Source: Minisyncoccota bacterium (GTDB lineage Bacteria; Patescibacteriota; Minisyncoccia; Phycocordibacterales; PALSA-1337). From it: DNA of 64,000 bases. Location of the stretch: the NCBI GenBank assembly GCA_028713005.1, contig JAQTPC010000001.1, positions 33,414 to 97,413 of the forward strand, read 5' to 3'. Of this stretch, positions 18,711 through 28,041 are shown one piece after another. A program made the translations under genes and the position numbers. The notes under the pieces were generated by a model. The model did no database searches, was not told where the DNA came from, and worked only from the letters and a program-made list of their open reading frames with translations. How positions within the stretch are numbered: the first letter of the stretch is position 1; every line of letters begins with the position of its first letter.

Positions 18711-19541
18711 ATGCAAACAATTTCTGCTCCACAATCTATAGACATGGTTCAATTTAGTAGAGATCTTTTTTCTCAAATTGCAACAGTGAATGCTACATAC
18801 CTAGCAATTTCAGTATCTATAATACTTGGTTCTGGTATAGGTATTACTATCTTAATGTATTTTTTAAATTATAAGCCGACTAAAGAGAACTTAGACAAAC
18901 AGGCAGCAGATATTGATTTGATAAAGAAAGAGACTGAATTGAAGGTTGGGGAGTTGAGAACTTCACAGTTAGAAGTATCAAATTCTATGCAATATCTTAA
19001 GGACGAGAACAATAGAATACTTGAAAATTTAAAGATTGTCAGTGAAGAGGAAGTCACAACAATTAAGAAACTCTTTGAAGAAAAACAAAAAGATTTTGAT
19101 ACTAAAATAAAGGCCGAGATGGAACTGCGAATTAATGAGATTGGCGTAAAAATGTCAGCTATTGAAAAAACGGCAATTGAAAAAGCAAAAATTTTGGAGG
19201 AAAAAAATAGAGCTCTTGATATTAGCTCGACGTGGGATATGCATTATGTCTGGCAGGTACAAAAAATTCCAGTGAATACTTTGTCATCGCTTGTTACTAC
19301 TTTAGAAAAAACGATTGAGTCACTAAAAGTTTCTAATTATAATGAAGCCTTTATTGGTCTTTGTCTGAAGGAATTACCTAAAACAATTGATGAAGTAACT
19401 AATGACCATCCAAAAATATTTACAAATCTGCCAAATACTATTGAAAGACTTGAAATTTGTCTTACATTAATCAAAGGAAGCGAAGTCGAGAAGGGTGTTG
19501 TAACAGCCAAGATTCAATTACTACGGAATGCTTTAAGTTAA
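18711..19541 (+). CDS. TM + coiled-coil protein (276 aa), function unknown
   Basis: One N-terminal TM helix followed by long heptad-rich sequence. AT-rich like the two preceding genes. Confidence 0.45.
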   Translation: MQTISAPQSIDMVQFSRDLFSQIATVNATYLAISVSIILGSGIGITILMYFLNYKPTKENLDKQAADIDLIKKETELKVGELRTSQLEVSNSMQYLKDENNRILENLKIVSEEEVTTIKKLFEEKQKDFDTKIKAEMELRINEIGVKMSAIEKTAIEKAKILEEKNRALDISSTWDMHYVWQVQKIPVNTLSSLVTTLEKTIESLKVSNYNEAFIGLCLKELPKTIDEVTNDHPKIFTNLPNTIERLEICLTLIKGSEVEKGVVTAKIQLLRNALS

Positions 19542-19585
19542 GCAAATACGCTATAATAAGTCCATTAATCACCTCACAAACCCCC

Positions 19586-20344
19586 ATGCCAATCACAGCC
19601 ATCATCATAGTCCTCGTCATCTTGCTCGCTATGTCACTCCGCGTCGTCAAAGAGTATGACCGTGGCGTTATCTTCTTCCTGGGCAAATGTACTGGCGTCA
19701 GAGGTCCTGGACTCATCATCCTCATTCCTATCTTGGAAAAGATGACCAAGGTCACTCTCCGTACGATCACCATGAATATCCCTTCACAGAAGATCATCAC
19801 CAAAGATAACGTCTCAATCGACATTGCGGCAGTGGCGTACTATCACATCGCTGATGCAAAGAAATCAGTTCTAGCCATCGAGAACGTCTATGACGCAGTC
19901 AACCAGATCAGTCAGACGACCGTCCGAAACATTGTGGGCAAATTCTCGCTTGATCAGCTCCTCTCACAAACGGGCGATATCAATGTCCAGATCAAGGATG
20001 TCATCGACGCACATACGGAGCCGTGGGGCGCAGAGGTGACGGCTGTGGAGATCAAAGACATCGTTCTCCCCGACAACATGCAACGCGCTATGGCCAAGGA
20101 AGCCGAAGCAGAACGTGAGCGCCGTGCAAAGATAGTGGCAGCCGAAGGCGAATTCCAAGCATCCGTCAAACTCGGTGAAGCTGCTGATATCATCGCTATG
20201 CACCCTGTCGCTCTCCAGTTGCGCACCCTCCAGACCATGTCAGAGATCGCCACTGAAAAGAATTCAACGATCATTTTCCCCGCACAATTCATGACGACCG
20301 TTCAGGAAGCTATTGCCACGATAAAAGGGGATTCAAAGAAGTAA
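19586..20344 (+). CDS. SPFH/band-7 (stomatin/prohibitin-like) membrane protein
   Basis: N-terminal TM, then …[15 protein letters not shown]… and SPFH-domain motifs, with a charged EA-rich C-terminal helix. The ORF-track start at 19457 overlaps the previous gene and crosses a sharp GC shift, so I preferred 19586. Confidence 0.8.
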   Translation: MPITAIIIVLVILLAMSLRVVKEYDRGVIFFLGKCTGVRGPGLIILIPILEKMTKVTLRTITMNIPSQKIITKDNVSIDIAAVAYYHIADAKKSVLAIENVYDAVNQISQTTVRNIVGKFSLDQLLSQTGDINVQIKDVIDAHTEPWGAEVTAVEIKDIVLPDNMQRAMAKEAEAERERRAKIVAAEGEFQASVKLGEAADIIAMHPVALQLRTLQTMSEIATEKNSTIIFPAQFMTTVQEAIATIKGDSKK

Positions 20345-20358
20345 ATTTATTAAAAAGA

Positions 20359-20390
20359 AAAGCCCCACCAGTAGTGTGGGGCTTTTCTTG
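20359..20390 (+). terminator. intrinsic terminator
   Basis: agccccacc-N8-gtggggct, then tttctt. Confidence 0.75.
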
Positions 20391-20548
20391 ACAAAAGTGT
20401 ATTTTACGTTATATCATAATATTGAACAGTATGGGCAACCATATTGAAACCGCTAGTGAGGCTGTCTCGGCCTTTCACCATGGACTCTCGAAACAATTTG
20501 AGAGAATGGTACATACAGTTGGTGGTTATTTCCTGAAAGGAGATCAAA

Positions 20549-21019
20549 ATGAGAAATGCATGGAACGAAGATCCGCAGTATATTGTCAACCTAACTAGAA
20601 ACTTGATTGGAGAAAAAACCCTCTCAAGTATCATCAAAGAAAATCCAGAAGCTGATCCTCAGCGGATACGAAGCTATGTCTGGCTCACATTGCCGAAACT
20701 TCAGGTGATGCGCGCTGATACTTTGGGATACATCTGTGCCTACGCCTCCGCAAGCGGAGCTCATTGTGGCAAACATTCACGTGGAATGGTGGCACCGAAG
20801 TTCATCAACAGCACAGGGCTCATTGATGTGTTTCCTAGCAGTCAACGTGAAGAAGTTTTTTGTTCCAAACAGCCCGGCGAATTGCAGGTGTATATCGCTT
20901 TGGGTGTGCTGATTTCAGTCGTTACTGACATGATCAGACAGACTGAATGGCAAGCCCAGTGGCCTACCTGGGAATTGACTGAAGTCGAAGAAAAGTGGCT
21001 CCGCGATCATCCCGAGTAA
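20549..21019 (+). CDS. hypothetical protein (156 aa)
   Basis: Good Shine-Dalgarno (aaaggag); a TTGACA promoter candidate at 20386; no known domain. Confidence 0.45.
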   Translation: MRNAWNEDPQYIVNLTRNLIGEKTLSSIIKENPEADPQRIRSYVWLTLPKLQVMRADTLGYICAYASASGAHCGKHSRGMVAPKFINSTGLIDVFPSSQREEVFCSKQPGELQVYIALGVLISVVTDMIRQTEWQAQWPTWELTEVEEKWLRDHPE

Positions 21020-21047
21020 TAACTATTAGAATTGTTTTGAATCATCT

Positions 21048-21086
21048 GACCCCCTTAAGCGAAATGCTTTTGGGGGTCTTTTTAGT
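21048..21086 (+). terminator. intrinsic terminator
   Basis: gaccccc-N18-gggggtc, then tttttag. Confidence 0.7.
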
Positions 21087-21163
21087 TTATTTATTTTTTA
21101 ATAAAAAATCACGCAAACCACCGAAGTGATTTGCGCGATTGTGATAGAAAACTCAGATTTGCA

Positions 21164-21844
21164 TTAAACCGCGACCCTCATGTAACAAACTTGAAGCATT
21201 TTGTCGAGAACTTCCTGTTTGGTCATAAAGGTCGAGTCAATGAAGACTGCTTCAGGCAGGCGTATGAGAGGCGACTCGGGCCGGGTAGTATCCTCCATGT
21301 CACGTGCCCGTAATTCATTCCGAACTTGGTCGAGCGTGCCTGCATATGCAGGATCTTTTTCACGATACTGATCAAACCGGCGCAATGCGCGAATAGAGGG
21401 ATCCGCTGTCATAAAGATTTTGACCCGCGCTTCGGGGAAGATGACTGAACCGATATCCCGCCCTTCAGCTATGATATCGAGCCTGTCTTCCGCACCAAAA
21501 CTTCGTTGGAGAGGAACGACCAACTTTCTGACTGCCGGAATTTTGGCGATATGATGGACAAGCGCGCTGATCTGGGGCGTGCGAATCTCATCTCGAACAG
21601 GCTGCCCACTGAAGATCAGCTGATTGTTCCAAAATGATATGCACCCCAAATTGCATTTGATCAAACGCGCCACGGATTCCACATCATGCGGATCAATCTG
21701 TGACCGGAGAACGAGCAACGTGAGCGTCCGATAGATTGCGCCCGAATCTAGCAGCGCATATCCAAGCCGTTTTGCCACTTCGGCACATACTGATTTGCCA
21801 GCTGCGCCTGGTCCGTCAACCGCAATAACGTCTCTTTCTTTCAT
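21164..21844 (-). CDS. cmk: cytidylate kinase
   Basis: IAVDGPGAAGKS P-loop and …LLDSGAIYR… CMP-binding motifs. Confidence 0.88.
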   Translation of the reverse strand: MKERDVIAVDGPGAAGKSVCAEVAKRLGYALLDSGAIYRTLTLLVLRSQIDPHDVESVARLIKCNLGCISFWNNQLIFSGQPVRDEIRTPQISALVHHIAKIPAVRKLVVPLQRSFGAEDRLDIIAEGRDIGSVIFPEARVKIFMTADPSIRALRRFDQYREKDPAYAGTLDQVRNELRARDMEDTTRPESPLIRLPEAVFIDSTFMTKQEVLDKMLQVCYMRVAV

Positions 21845-21974
21845 AGATTTCCTTTTGGTTAAGGTTATTTCAATAGTTCAAAAACTGTGATATTTCTAAC
21901 ACATGGCTCTGACATTGTAAATTCAGGGGAAAACATTTTGCTTGTAATATATATTACTATGCTAAAATATACGC

Positions 21975-22775
21975 ATGTCAAAGACCTCAACAAAAAAAGA
22001 AAAGATCCTCATCATCGAGGGCGATGCAGGCCTCGGTGAAAAATTATCAAATGCGCTCAAGACCGAAGGGTATGTCACCTTCCTTATCAAAGATGGCACC
22101 GAAGGTCTCAAAGCGATCTACGATACCTTGCCACAGCTCGTCATCATCGACCTCGTCATCTCAGGTACTGATGCCTACGATATCTTGGCAAAGAAAAACG
22201 CCGAGGTTATGTTGAGTAAAATTCCCGTCTTCATCCTTTCAACACAAGGTGTACCTATAAATATGCGCAGTGTGCCAGAGAACAGTGTTGCAGACTATAT
22301 CGTATCTCTCCAGCCTGATCCTGCTGACCTCGTAAACCGCGTCAATACATTCTTTGGTCACATAGATCCAAATGCGCCAACTGAAAAGACAACTGTACCG
22401 ACGGGAACAGGCAAAAACGTCCTTTGGGTAGAAGATGACAAGCTTATCGGCTCTATTCTCGCAAAAAAACTCATTTCATCTGGCTTCAATCTCTTTCATG
22501 CAAAAAATGGCGAGGAAGCCATGACTCACCTCAAAGACAACGTTCCTGATATCATCATTCTCGACCTCATGTTGCCGGGCATGGATGGTTTTGAAATCCT
22601 CCAAAAGACGCGCATGGAAGAACGCCTCAAAAAGGTTCCAACGATGATACTCTCGAACCTGAGCAAGCCAAGCGATCTCGAAAAAGCAAAGCTCCTTGGT
22701 GCTTCAAAGTTCATGGTCAAAGCATCATCATCGCTCGATCAGATCGTGGCTGAAGTCAAAGCTCTGGCAAAATAA
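21975..22775 (+). CDS. response regulator with two tandem receiver (REC) domains and no output domain
   Basis: Two CheY-like domains (…LVIIDLVISGTDAYD… and …IIILDLMLPGMDGFE…KVPTMILSN…). No histidine kinase lies adjacent. Confidence 0.75.
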   Translation: MSKTSTKKEKILIIEGDAGLGEKLSNALKTEGYVTFLIKDGTEGLKAIYDTLPQLVIIDLVISGTDAYDILAKKNAEVMLSKIPVFILSTQGVPINMRSVPENSVADYIVSLQPDPADLVNRVNTFFGHIDPNAPTEKTTVPTGTGKNVLWVEDDKLIGSILAKKLISSGFNLFHAKNGEEAMTHLKDNVPDIIILDLMLPGMDGFEILQKTRMEERLKKVPTMILSNLSKPSDLEKAKLLGASKFMVKASSSLDQIVAEVKALAK

Positions 22776-22800
22776 CAAAAGTTTACTATTTCTTCATTAA

Positions 22801-22828
22801 AACTTCAGCATTAGTTGAAGTTTTTTTG
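22801..22828 (+). terminator. intrinsic terminator
   Basis: aacttca-N8-tgaagtt, then ttttttg. Confidence 0.6.
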
Positions 22829-22885
22829 ATAAAAAATTTATCTAAGAAGAATATACTGCTCTCATTAGCAATATAATATTTTCTT

Positions 22886-23137
22886 ATGTCACTAGAATCA
22901 AAAGACCTTGAATTAATCGAGCGTGTAATTTATAAAAATGGCGATGATATAGCAGTCTCTATTGGCAGGAGTTTTGAGCGTCTCGAAGAACGCATTGATG
23001 CTGCTGAATCGCGCATCTATGGCCGATTGGCTGAGATAGAAGACAAGATTGAGTCGAGCAGACAGGATATATTTGATTATCTGGGCGAGATGAAAGAAGA
23101 GATCCGCGAAATACGAAGATTATCAGCAGACAACTAG
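22886..23137 (+). CDS. small hypothetical coiled-coil protein (83 aa)
   Basis: Charged helical sequence with a tataat at 22868. Confidence 0.35.
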   Translation: MSLESKDLELIERVIYKNGDDIAVSIGRSFERLEERIDAAESRIYGRLAEIEDKIESSRQDIFDYLGEMKEEIREIRRLSADN

Positions 23138-23138
23138 C

Positions 23139-24569
23139 TTAGCGAGTAATGATCGAAAAACCACTTTCACCATCGATCACATCAAAGCCACGTTCTTGTA
23201 TCTCTGTACGAAGCGCATCAGCCTTTGCCCATTCTTTAGTTTTACGTGCATCTTCACGAGCTTCAGCGAGAACTGTAATCTCAAGTGGTATATCCTTGGT
23301 ATCAGCTACTGGCAACTCGACATGCGGCACGGATTCGATATTGAGACCAAGAACACGATCAAAATCAAGTATAGTTGCACGCTTATCAGCAGGACTGACT
23401 TTCGCATCTTTGATGAGCTCCCAAACAAGCGCTACTGCCTGAGGTATATCCAAATCATCATTGATAAAAGCCCAGAAACGTTCTTTATAGGTCGAGACCA
23501 CTGTACCACCATCTGGATAACCACTAACAATAGAAAGGAGACGTATAAGAGCTTTTTGAGCACCCTGAACAGCAGTTCCTGTGAAGTTCACCGTTGAACG
23601 ATAGTGACCAGTGAGTAACCAATAGCGATAAGCGAGAGGGGAGATATGCTCGAGCTCAAGCGTATCGAGAGTGAGAAAATTACCTTCTGACTTTGCCATC
23701 TTAGCTTTCTTGATGGTTATAAATGCATTATGCATCCAGTAGTTGGCGAGACTGGTGCCATATGCAGCTTCAGACTGTGCAATCTCATTGTTGTGGTGGA
23801 CAGAGATGTGATCGATACCGCCAGTATGTATATCAAACGGCTGACCGAGGATCATGCGCGACATAGCCGAACATTCAATATGCCAACCAGGAAAACCTTT
23901 GCCCCACGGACTATCCCAACCGATCAAGACACTCTCTTCACCCACATTTTGTTTTGCTGATAGTTTCCAAACTGCAAAATCACGATGATTTTTCTTATCA
24001 GTATTCTGAGCGATGCGCGCATGAACATCCGCCTCATCTGCGATGAGGTCCTGTCCGCCGAGCTTACCGTAGTGAGGAAATTTGCCAGTATCAAAATACA
24101 CCCCATCACTCAGCTGATAAACAAAACCATTTTTCTCAAGTTGTTTGATAAGCTCTATATCTTCGGTAATCGTGTCGCTGGCTCGAGGAAATGCCTGCGG
24201 TAGCTCGATATGAAGTTCTTTCAGATTTTCTACAAAAGCATCAAAGTATTTTGTGCCGACTTCACGCATTGCATTCAACGTGAGCGGCATATTCTCACGG
24301 ATAAGGGCTTTGGTCATCTTGTCTTCACCAGCATCTGCATCACTCGTGAGATGTCCAACATCAGTAATATTGATAACTTGATTTACCTGGTAACTGTTAT
24401 ATTCAAACATCCTGCGCAACGTATCAGCGAAGACATATGCACGAAGATTACCTATATGGGCGTGATCATATACGGTCGGTCCACAATGATACATGCCAAC
24501 AACGCCAGGTTTGAGTGGCTTAAAAGTCTCTTTATTTTTACTGAGCGTATTGTATATCTTTATATCCAT
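23139..24569 (-). CDS. cysS: cysteinyl-tRNA synthetase
   Basis: HIGN class-I motif (HCGPTVYDHAHIGNLR), KMAKSEGN (KMSKS), and a zinc-binding Cys. Confidence 0.92.
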   Translation of the reverse strand: MDIKIYNTLSKNKETFKPLKPGVVGMYHCGPTVYDHAHIGNLRAYVFADTLRRMFEYNSYQVNQVINITDVGHLTSDADAGEDKMTKALIRENMPLTLNAMREVGTKYFDAFVENLKELHIELPQAFPRASDTITEDIELIKQLEKNGFVYQLSDGVYFDTGKFPHYGKLGGQDLIADEADVHARIAQNTDKKNHRDFAVWKLSAKQNVGEESVLIGWDSPWGKGFPGWHIECSAMSRMILGQPFDIHTGGIDHISVHHNNEIAQSEAAYGTSLANYWMHNAFITIKKAKMAKSEGNFLTLDTLELEHISPLAYRYWLLTGHYRSTVNFTGTAVQGAQKALIRLLSIVSGYPDGGTVVSTYKERFWAFINDDLDIPQAVALVWELIKDAKVSPADKRATILDFDRVLGLNIESVPHVELPVADTKDIPLEITVLAEAREDARKTKEWAKADALRTEIQERGFDVIDGESGFSIITR

Positions 24570-24599
24570 TATATTTATGCGTAGGGTAGACCTACGCAA

Positions 24600-25532
24600 T
24601 TACACCCACTTCTTTTTCTTAAAGAAGAACCAAATACCTGCCGCAAGGGCAATCATGAGCAATGTCATAGTAATCCAACTAAATGTACCATGTGATTCTT
24701 CGACAAGAGCAACATCTACAGCCGGTATAGTAAAGAATGCTGCAATGAATGTAAGCGGGTAGAAAATAAAAGCGATGAGCGTCAGGTCCTTGATAATCTC
24801 ATTTTGTTTCGTATTCAGCAAGGAGTCATTGGTCTCACGAAGATCAGCGAGCAATTCACGTGCATTGACGATGAGTTCATGGATATGGGTGAAGTCAGTT
24901 TTGAGATCATCAACATACGGTGCAAAGTCAGAGTTGAAAACACTCTTATCAGTATGCTCACTCAGGTTCGCCCAGATATCATGATGAATACGTGCGGTCT
25001 GTTTGAAATCTATCAATTCACGGTTGAGGTTTGAAAGATGTCTAACCATATGTTTTTCGCCACCCTTGAATATGCCATTTTCCGCAGAGACGATAGCGTC
25101 ACGAATATTTTCGAGATCATTTCTCATGCCCGCATAGAGACGTTTGACCATAAAATAAAAGATATGGCCCGCATGGTCAATCTTCTCCTCTTTACCAAGA
25201 ATCTCATTTGCTTCAAATATCTTTGCAAAATACTCGATCTGTTCGATAGCTTCAAAGCGAGAGGTGATAAGGAAATTTTTACCGATGACGAAGTCGACTT
25301 CGCGGTCAACGACTACATATGAATCATTGTGACGTGTGCGAATAGGGAGTGTAAGAACAACAAATGTATAATCTTTGTACACATCTATCTTCGCTAGTGA
25401 CGATGAACTTTTAAGCTCTTCGCCAACGAGTGGATGAAGATCATAACGTTTGACGAGACTGCTAATCTCATTTTCATCAGGCGACTCAAGGTCGATCCAA
25501 ACTATGCCACGATAGGTATGAGTTGTTGTCAT
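24600..25532 (-). CDS. CorA-family divalent cation transporter homologue lacking the GMN motif
   Basis: CorA-like cytoplasmic domain and two C-terminal TM helices (…FIFYPLTFIAAFFTIPAV…KKKKWV). The position of GMN reads F-T-I. Confidence 0.55.
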   Translation of the reverse strand: MTTTHTYRGIVWIDLESPDENEISSLVKRYDLHPLVGEELKSSSSLAKIDVYKDYTFVVLTLPIRTRHNDSYVVVDREVDFVIGKNFLITSRFEAIEQIEYFAKIFEANEILGKEEKIDHAGHIFYFMVKRLYAGMRNDLENIRDAIVSAENGIFKGGEKHMVRHLSNLNRELIDFKQTARIHHDIWANLSEHTDKSVFNSDFAPYVDDLKTDFTHIHELIVNARELLADLRETNDSLLNTKQNEIIKDLTLIAFIFYPLTFIAAFFTIPAVDVALVEESHGTFSWITMTLLMIALAAGIWFFFKKKKWV

Positions 25533-25624
25533 GAAGATATTATAGCGTCAAGTGAGGACGTGTGGCAACGTGTTGATACAATGTCCGAACGCAGACGTTA
25601 TATGAGCACAGCGAATATAGTTAG

Positions 25625-25659
25625 TATCGATGCAAATTACAAATGATCGCGAATGATGC
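25625..25659. repeat. Family-3 33-bp direct repeat, copy 1 (upstream of ctpA)
   Basis: atcgatgcaaattacaaatgatcgcgaatga(t/c)gc also occurs at 27020-27053. Clustered attcgcat/atgcgaat half-sites follow it. Confidence 0.75.
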
Positions 25660-25776
25660 AAATCAAAAAACTGGGCAATGGTTTTTATTCGCATCATTCG
25701 CATGTGTCTTTGCGCTATTCGCATCGCATTTTGTTATTTGATATGAGATAATAGCTCAACAACTAATCAATATATT

Positions 25777-26988
25777 ATGGATTTCAATTTTAAAAATAAG
25801 TACATTCCTGTCATCGTTATTGGCGTGTGTGTGATGGTCTCAGTTTTTTATATCGGTTACTTTGCTGGTAGAGAAAAAGCACTCTACACCATCAATGCTC
25901 ATCTGACTGATACTTCTATCATTTCACAAGATGAGTTCGCTCCATTCTGGAAAGTATGGACTATTCTCGATCAAAAATACGTTAAGTCAGCGAGCAGCAC
26001 GTCCCAAGACAAAGTATGGGGTGCTATACAAGGGTTAGCAAACTCTTTCAATGATCCTTATACCGTTTTCTTCCCGCCAGTACAGTCAAAGATGTTCCAA
26101 GATGACATAGCAGGGAACTTTGGCGGTGTCGGTATGGAGATTGGTATCAAAAACAACCAACTCCTCGTCGTTGCACCACTCAAAGACAGTCCTGCAAGCA
26201 AAGCTGGAGTCAAAGCAGGAGATTTTATTCTCAAAATTGAAGCAACCTCGACTCAAGGCGTGCCTGTCGACAAAGCAGTCAACATGATTCGTGGACCAAA
26301 GGGAAGTACAGTTACTATTACTTTCCTTCCTGTAGGTGCAACTGCGCCAGTTATCAAGAAAATCATCCGTGATACGATTAATATCCCTACCCTCGATACA
26401 GAACAGCGTCCTGGAGGCATCTTTATCATCAAGCTTTACAGCTTCACCGCTCAGTCACCTGACCTTTTCCGTAATGCCCTCCGTCAATTTATTCTCTCTG
26501 GCGACCACAAACTCATCCTTGATCTTCGTGGCAACCCTGGTGGTTATCTCGATGCTGCCTGGGATATGGCTTCATACTTCTTGCCAGCAGGAGCAACAGT
26601 GGTAACCGAAGACTTTGGTACCAAGGGTGAGCCTAACGTATTCAAGAGTAAAGGTTACAATATCTTCAATAACAATCTCAAAATGCTCATCCTCGTCGAC
26701 GGTGGTTCTGCATCGGCGTCAGAGATTCTTGCAGGAGCGCTCTCAGAGCAAGGCGTAGCAAAGCTTGTTGGCTCAAAGACCTTTGGAAAGGGAGTGGTTC
26801 AGGAGTTGATACCAATCACTGCTGACACATCACTCAAGGTCACTGTAGCTCGTTGGATGACGCCAAAATGGCACAATCTATCAGAGAATGGTCTCGAACC
26901 AGAATATTCAGTATCATCAGCATCTTCAACACCCGAAAACGATTTAGTAACAAATAAAGCTATTCAGCTCTTGAACCAGCAACCATAA
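25777..26988 (+). CDS. carboxyl-terminal processing protease (S41, with PDZ)
   Basis: N-terminal TM, a PDZ region, and …LDLRGNPGGYLDAAWDMASYFL…SASASEILAGAL…KTFGKGVVQ… S41 motifs. Confidence 0.82.
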   Translation: MDFNFKNKYIPVIVIGVCVMVSVFYIGYFAGREKALYTINAHLTDTSIISQDEFAPFWKVWTILDQKYVKSASSTSQDKVWGAIQGLANSFNDPYTVFFPPVQSKMFQDDIAGNFGGVGMEIGIKNNQLLVVAPLKDSPASKAGVKAGDFILKIEATSTQGVPVDKAVNMIRGPKGSTVTITFLPVGATAPVIKKIIRDTINIPTLDTEQRPGGIFIIKLYSFTAQSPDLFRNALRQFILSGDHKLILDLRGNPGGYLDAAWDMASYFLPAGATVVTEDFGTKGEPNVFKSKGYNIFNNNLKMLILVDGGSASASEILAGALSEQGVAKLVGSKTFGKGVVQELIPITADTSLKVTVARWMTPKWHNLSENGLEPEYSVSSASSTPENDLVTNKAIQLLNQQP

Positions 26989-27019
26989 TAGTGTAGATTC
27001 ATATCACGCACATGAGTGA

Positions 27020-27053
27020 ATCGATGCAAATTACAAATGATCGCGAATGACGC
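27020..27053. repeat. Family-3 33-bp direct repeat, copy 2 (in the rplI leader)
   Basis: Differs from copy 1 by 1 nt. Confidence 0.75.
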
Positions 27054-27069
27054 GAATAAACCCAAAATC

Positions 27070-27513
27070 ATGAAAATAATCCTTTTGAAAGACATAAAGA
27101 ACGTTGGAAAGAAATTCGATATCAAAGATGTTAACGATGGCCATGCACTCAACATGCTTATCCCTCGTGGCCTCGCTATCCCTGCCACTGCATCCGCTAT
27201 AAAGCGCGTGGAGGCCGACAAAGCACAGATTGCTGGTGAGATGAAGGTTCAGCATGAACTCCTCGTACAAAACATCAAGGCCATCGAAGCGACTACACTT
27301 ACTATCTCAGGTAAAGCCAATGAAAAAGGCCATCTCTTTGCTGGTATTCATGGTGATGTTATCGTCAAAGAACTCCATGCCCAGGCACGTATTGAGATCG
27401 ATCCTTCGTTTATTCAACTCGAACATCCACTCAAGACGGTTGGTGAACATGTTGTCACTATCGAGGCAGAGGGGAAGAAGGCTGAGTTGAAGGTAGTCAT
27501 CAAGGCGTTGTAA
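27070..27513 (+). CDS. rplI: 50S ribosomal protein L9
   Basis: MKIILLKDIKNVGKKFDIKDVNDGHALNMLIPRGLA… The ORF-track start at 27016 adds 18 non-conserved residues, so I placed the start at MKIIL. Confidence 0.85.
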   Translation: MKIILLKDIKNVGKKFDIKDVNDGHALNMLIPRGLAIPATASAIKRVEADKAQIAGEMKVQHELLVQNIKAIEATTLTISGKANEKGHLFAGIHGDVIVKELHAQARIEIDPSFIQLEHPLKTVGEHVVTIEAEGKKAELKVVIKAL

Positions 27514-27540
27514 TTAAAAGTTATTCATTTGCAGATATAA

Positions 27541-27572
27541 AAATCCCCTCGACTTTATCGAGGGGATTTTGC
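27541..27572. terminator. bidirectional intrinsic terminator
   Basis: aaaatcccctcg-N8-cgaggggatttt, with flanking A-run and T-run. Confidence 0.75.
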
Positions 27573-27586
27573 TAGGGCTTGGCAGA

Positions 27587-27931
27587 TTATATCTGCTTAA
27601 TTTCGCCTACTGGTGCCGCAGTGTGCAGCATAAAAATGAAACAAGCTTCAACAGATTTCGGATATCCATGTTCACGGAACCAATCAAAAGCTTTTTCTGA
27701 CTTCTTTTTTAGTTCGAAGAGTGCAACTGATTGCAAAACGGCATAAGAAGGCTCGCACTTAACCTTCTTACCGTCGATAATCGTCACTGTGTGTCCACCA
27801 GAGGCTATGCCAGCGATAGGTAGAACGAGTCCTACCCACTCCTGGCGGACTGACATTGGAACATCAATATTGCATTGGTCACCTAAGCTATGCACTTTTA
27901 TCCGACCTGAACACTTAATGAACATTTCCAT
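27587..27931 (-). CDS. hypothetical Cys-containing protein, paralogue 1 (about 115 aa)
   Basis: Shares …VR..WVGL.LP..G… and …F.W..E…P..VE.CF.F with the adjacent gene. I chose the start at MEMFIKC because the longer ORF would read through the terminator at 27977-28020. Confidence 0.45.
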   Translation of the reverse strand: MEMFIKCSGRIKVHSLGDQCNIDVPMSVRQEWVGLVLPIAGIASGGHTVTIIDGKKVKCEPSYAVLQSVALFELKKKSEKAFDWFREHGYPKSVEACFIFMLHTAAPVGEIKQI

Positions 27932-27976
27932 ATTGATCCTTTCTTTATTATCGATTAAATCACATCCATCAATTTT

Positions 27977-28020
27977 TGCAATCAAAAAAGACCCCGCGGG
28001 AATATCCAAGGGGTCTTTTG
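27977..28020 (-). terminator. intrinsic terminator of paralogue 2
   Basis: aaaagacccc-N24-ggggtctttt, with a T-run on the minus strand. Confidence 0.7.
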
Positions 28021-28041
28021 ATTTTAATGCTACTGACAATT

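Noticed and set aside
19457-19585. Extended 295-aa SPFH ORF starting at 19457
   Set aside because: It overlaps the last 85 nt of the preceding gene in another frame and spans the sharp GC transition. Homology begins at MPITAII (19586).
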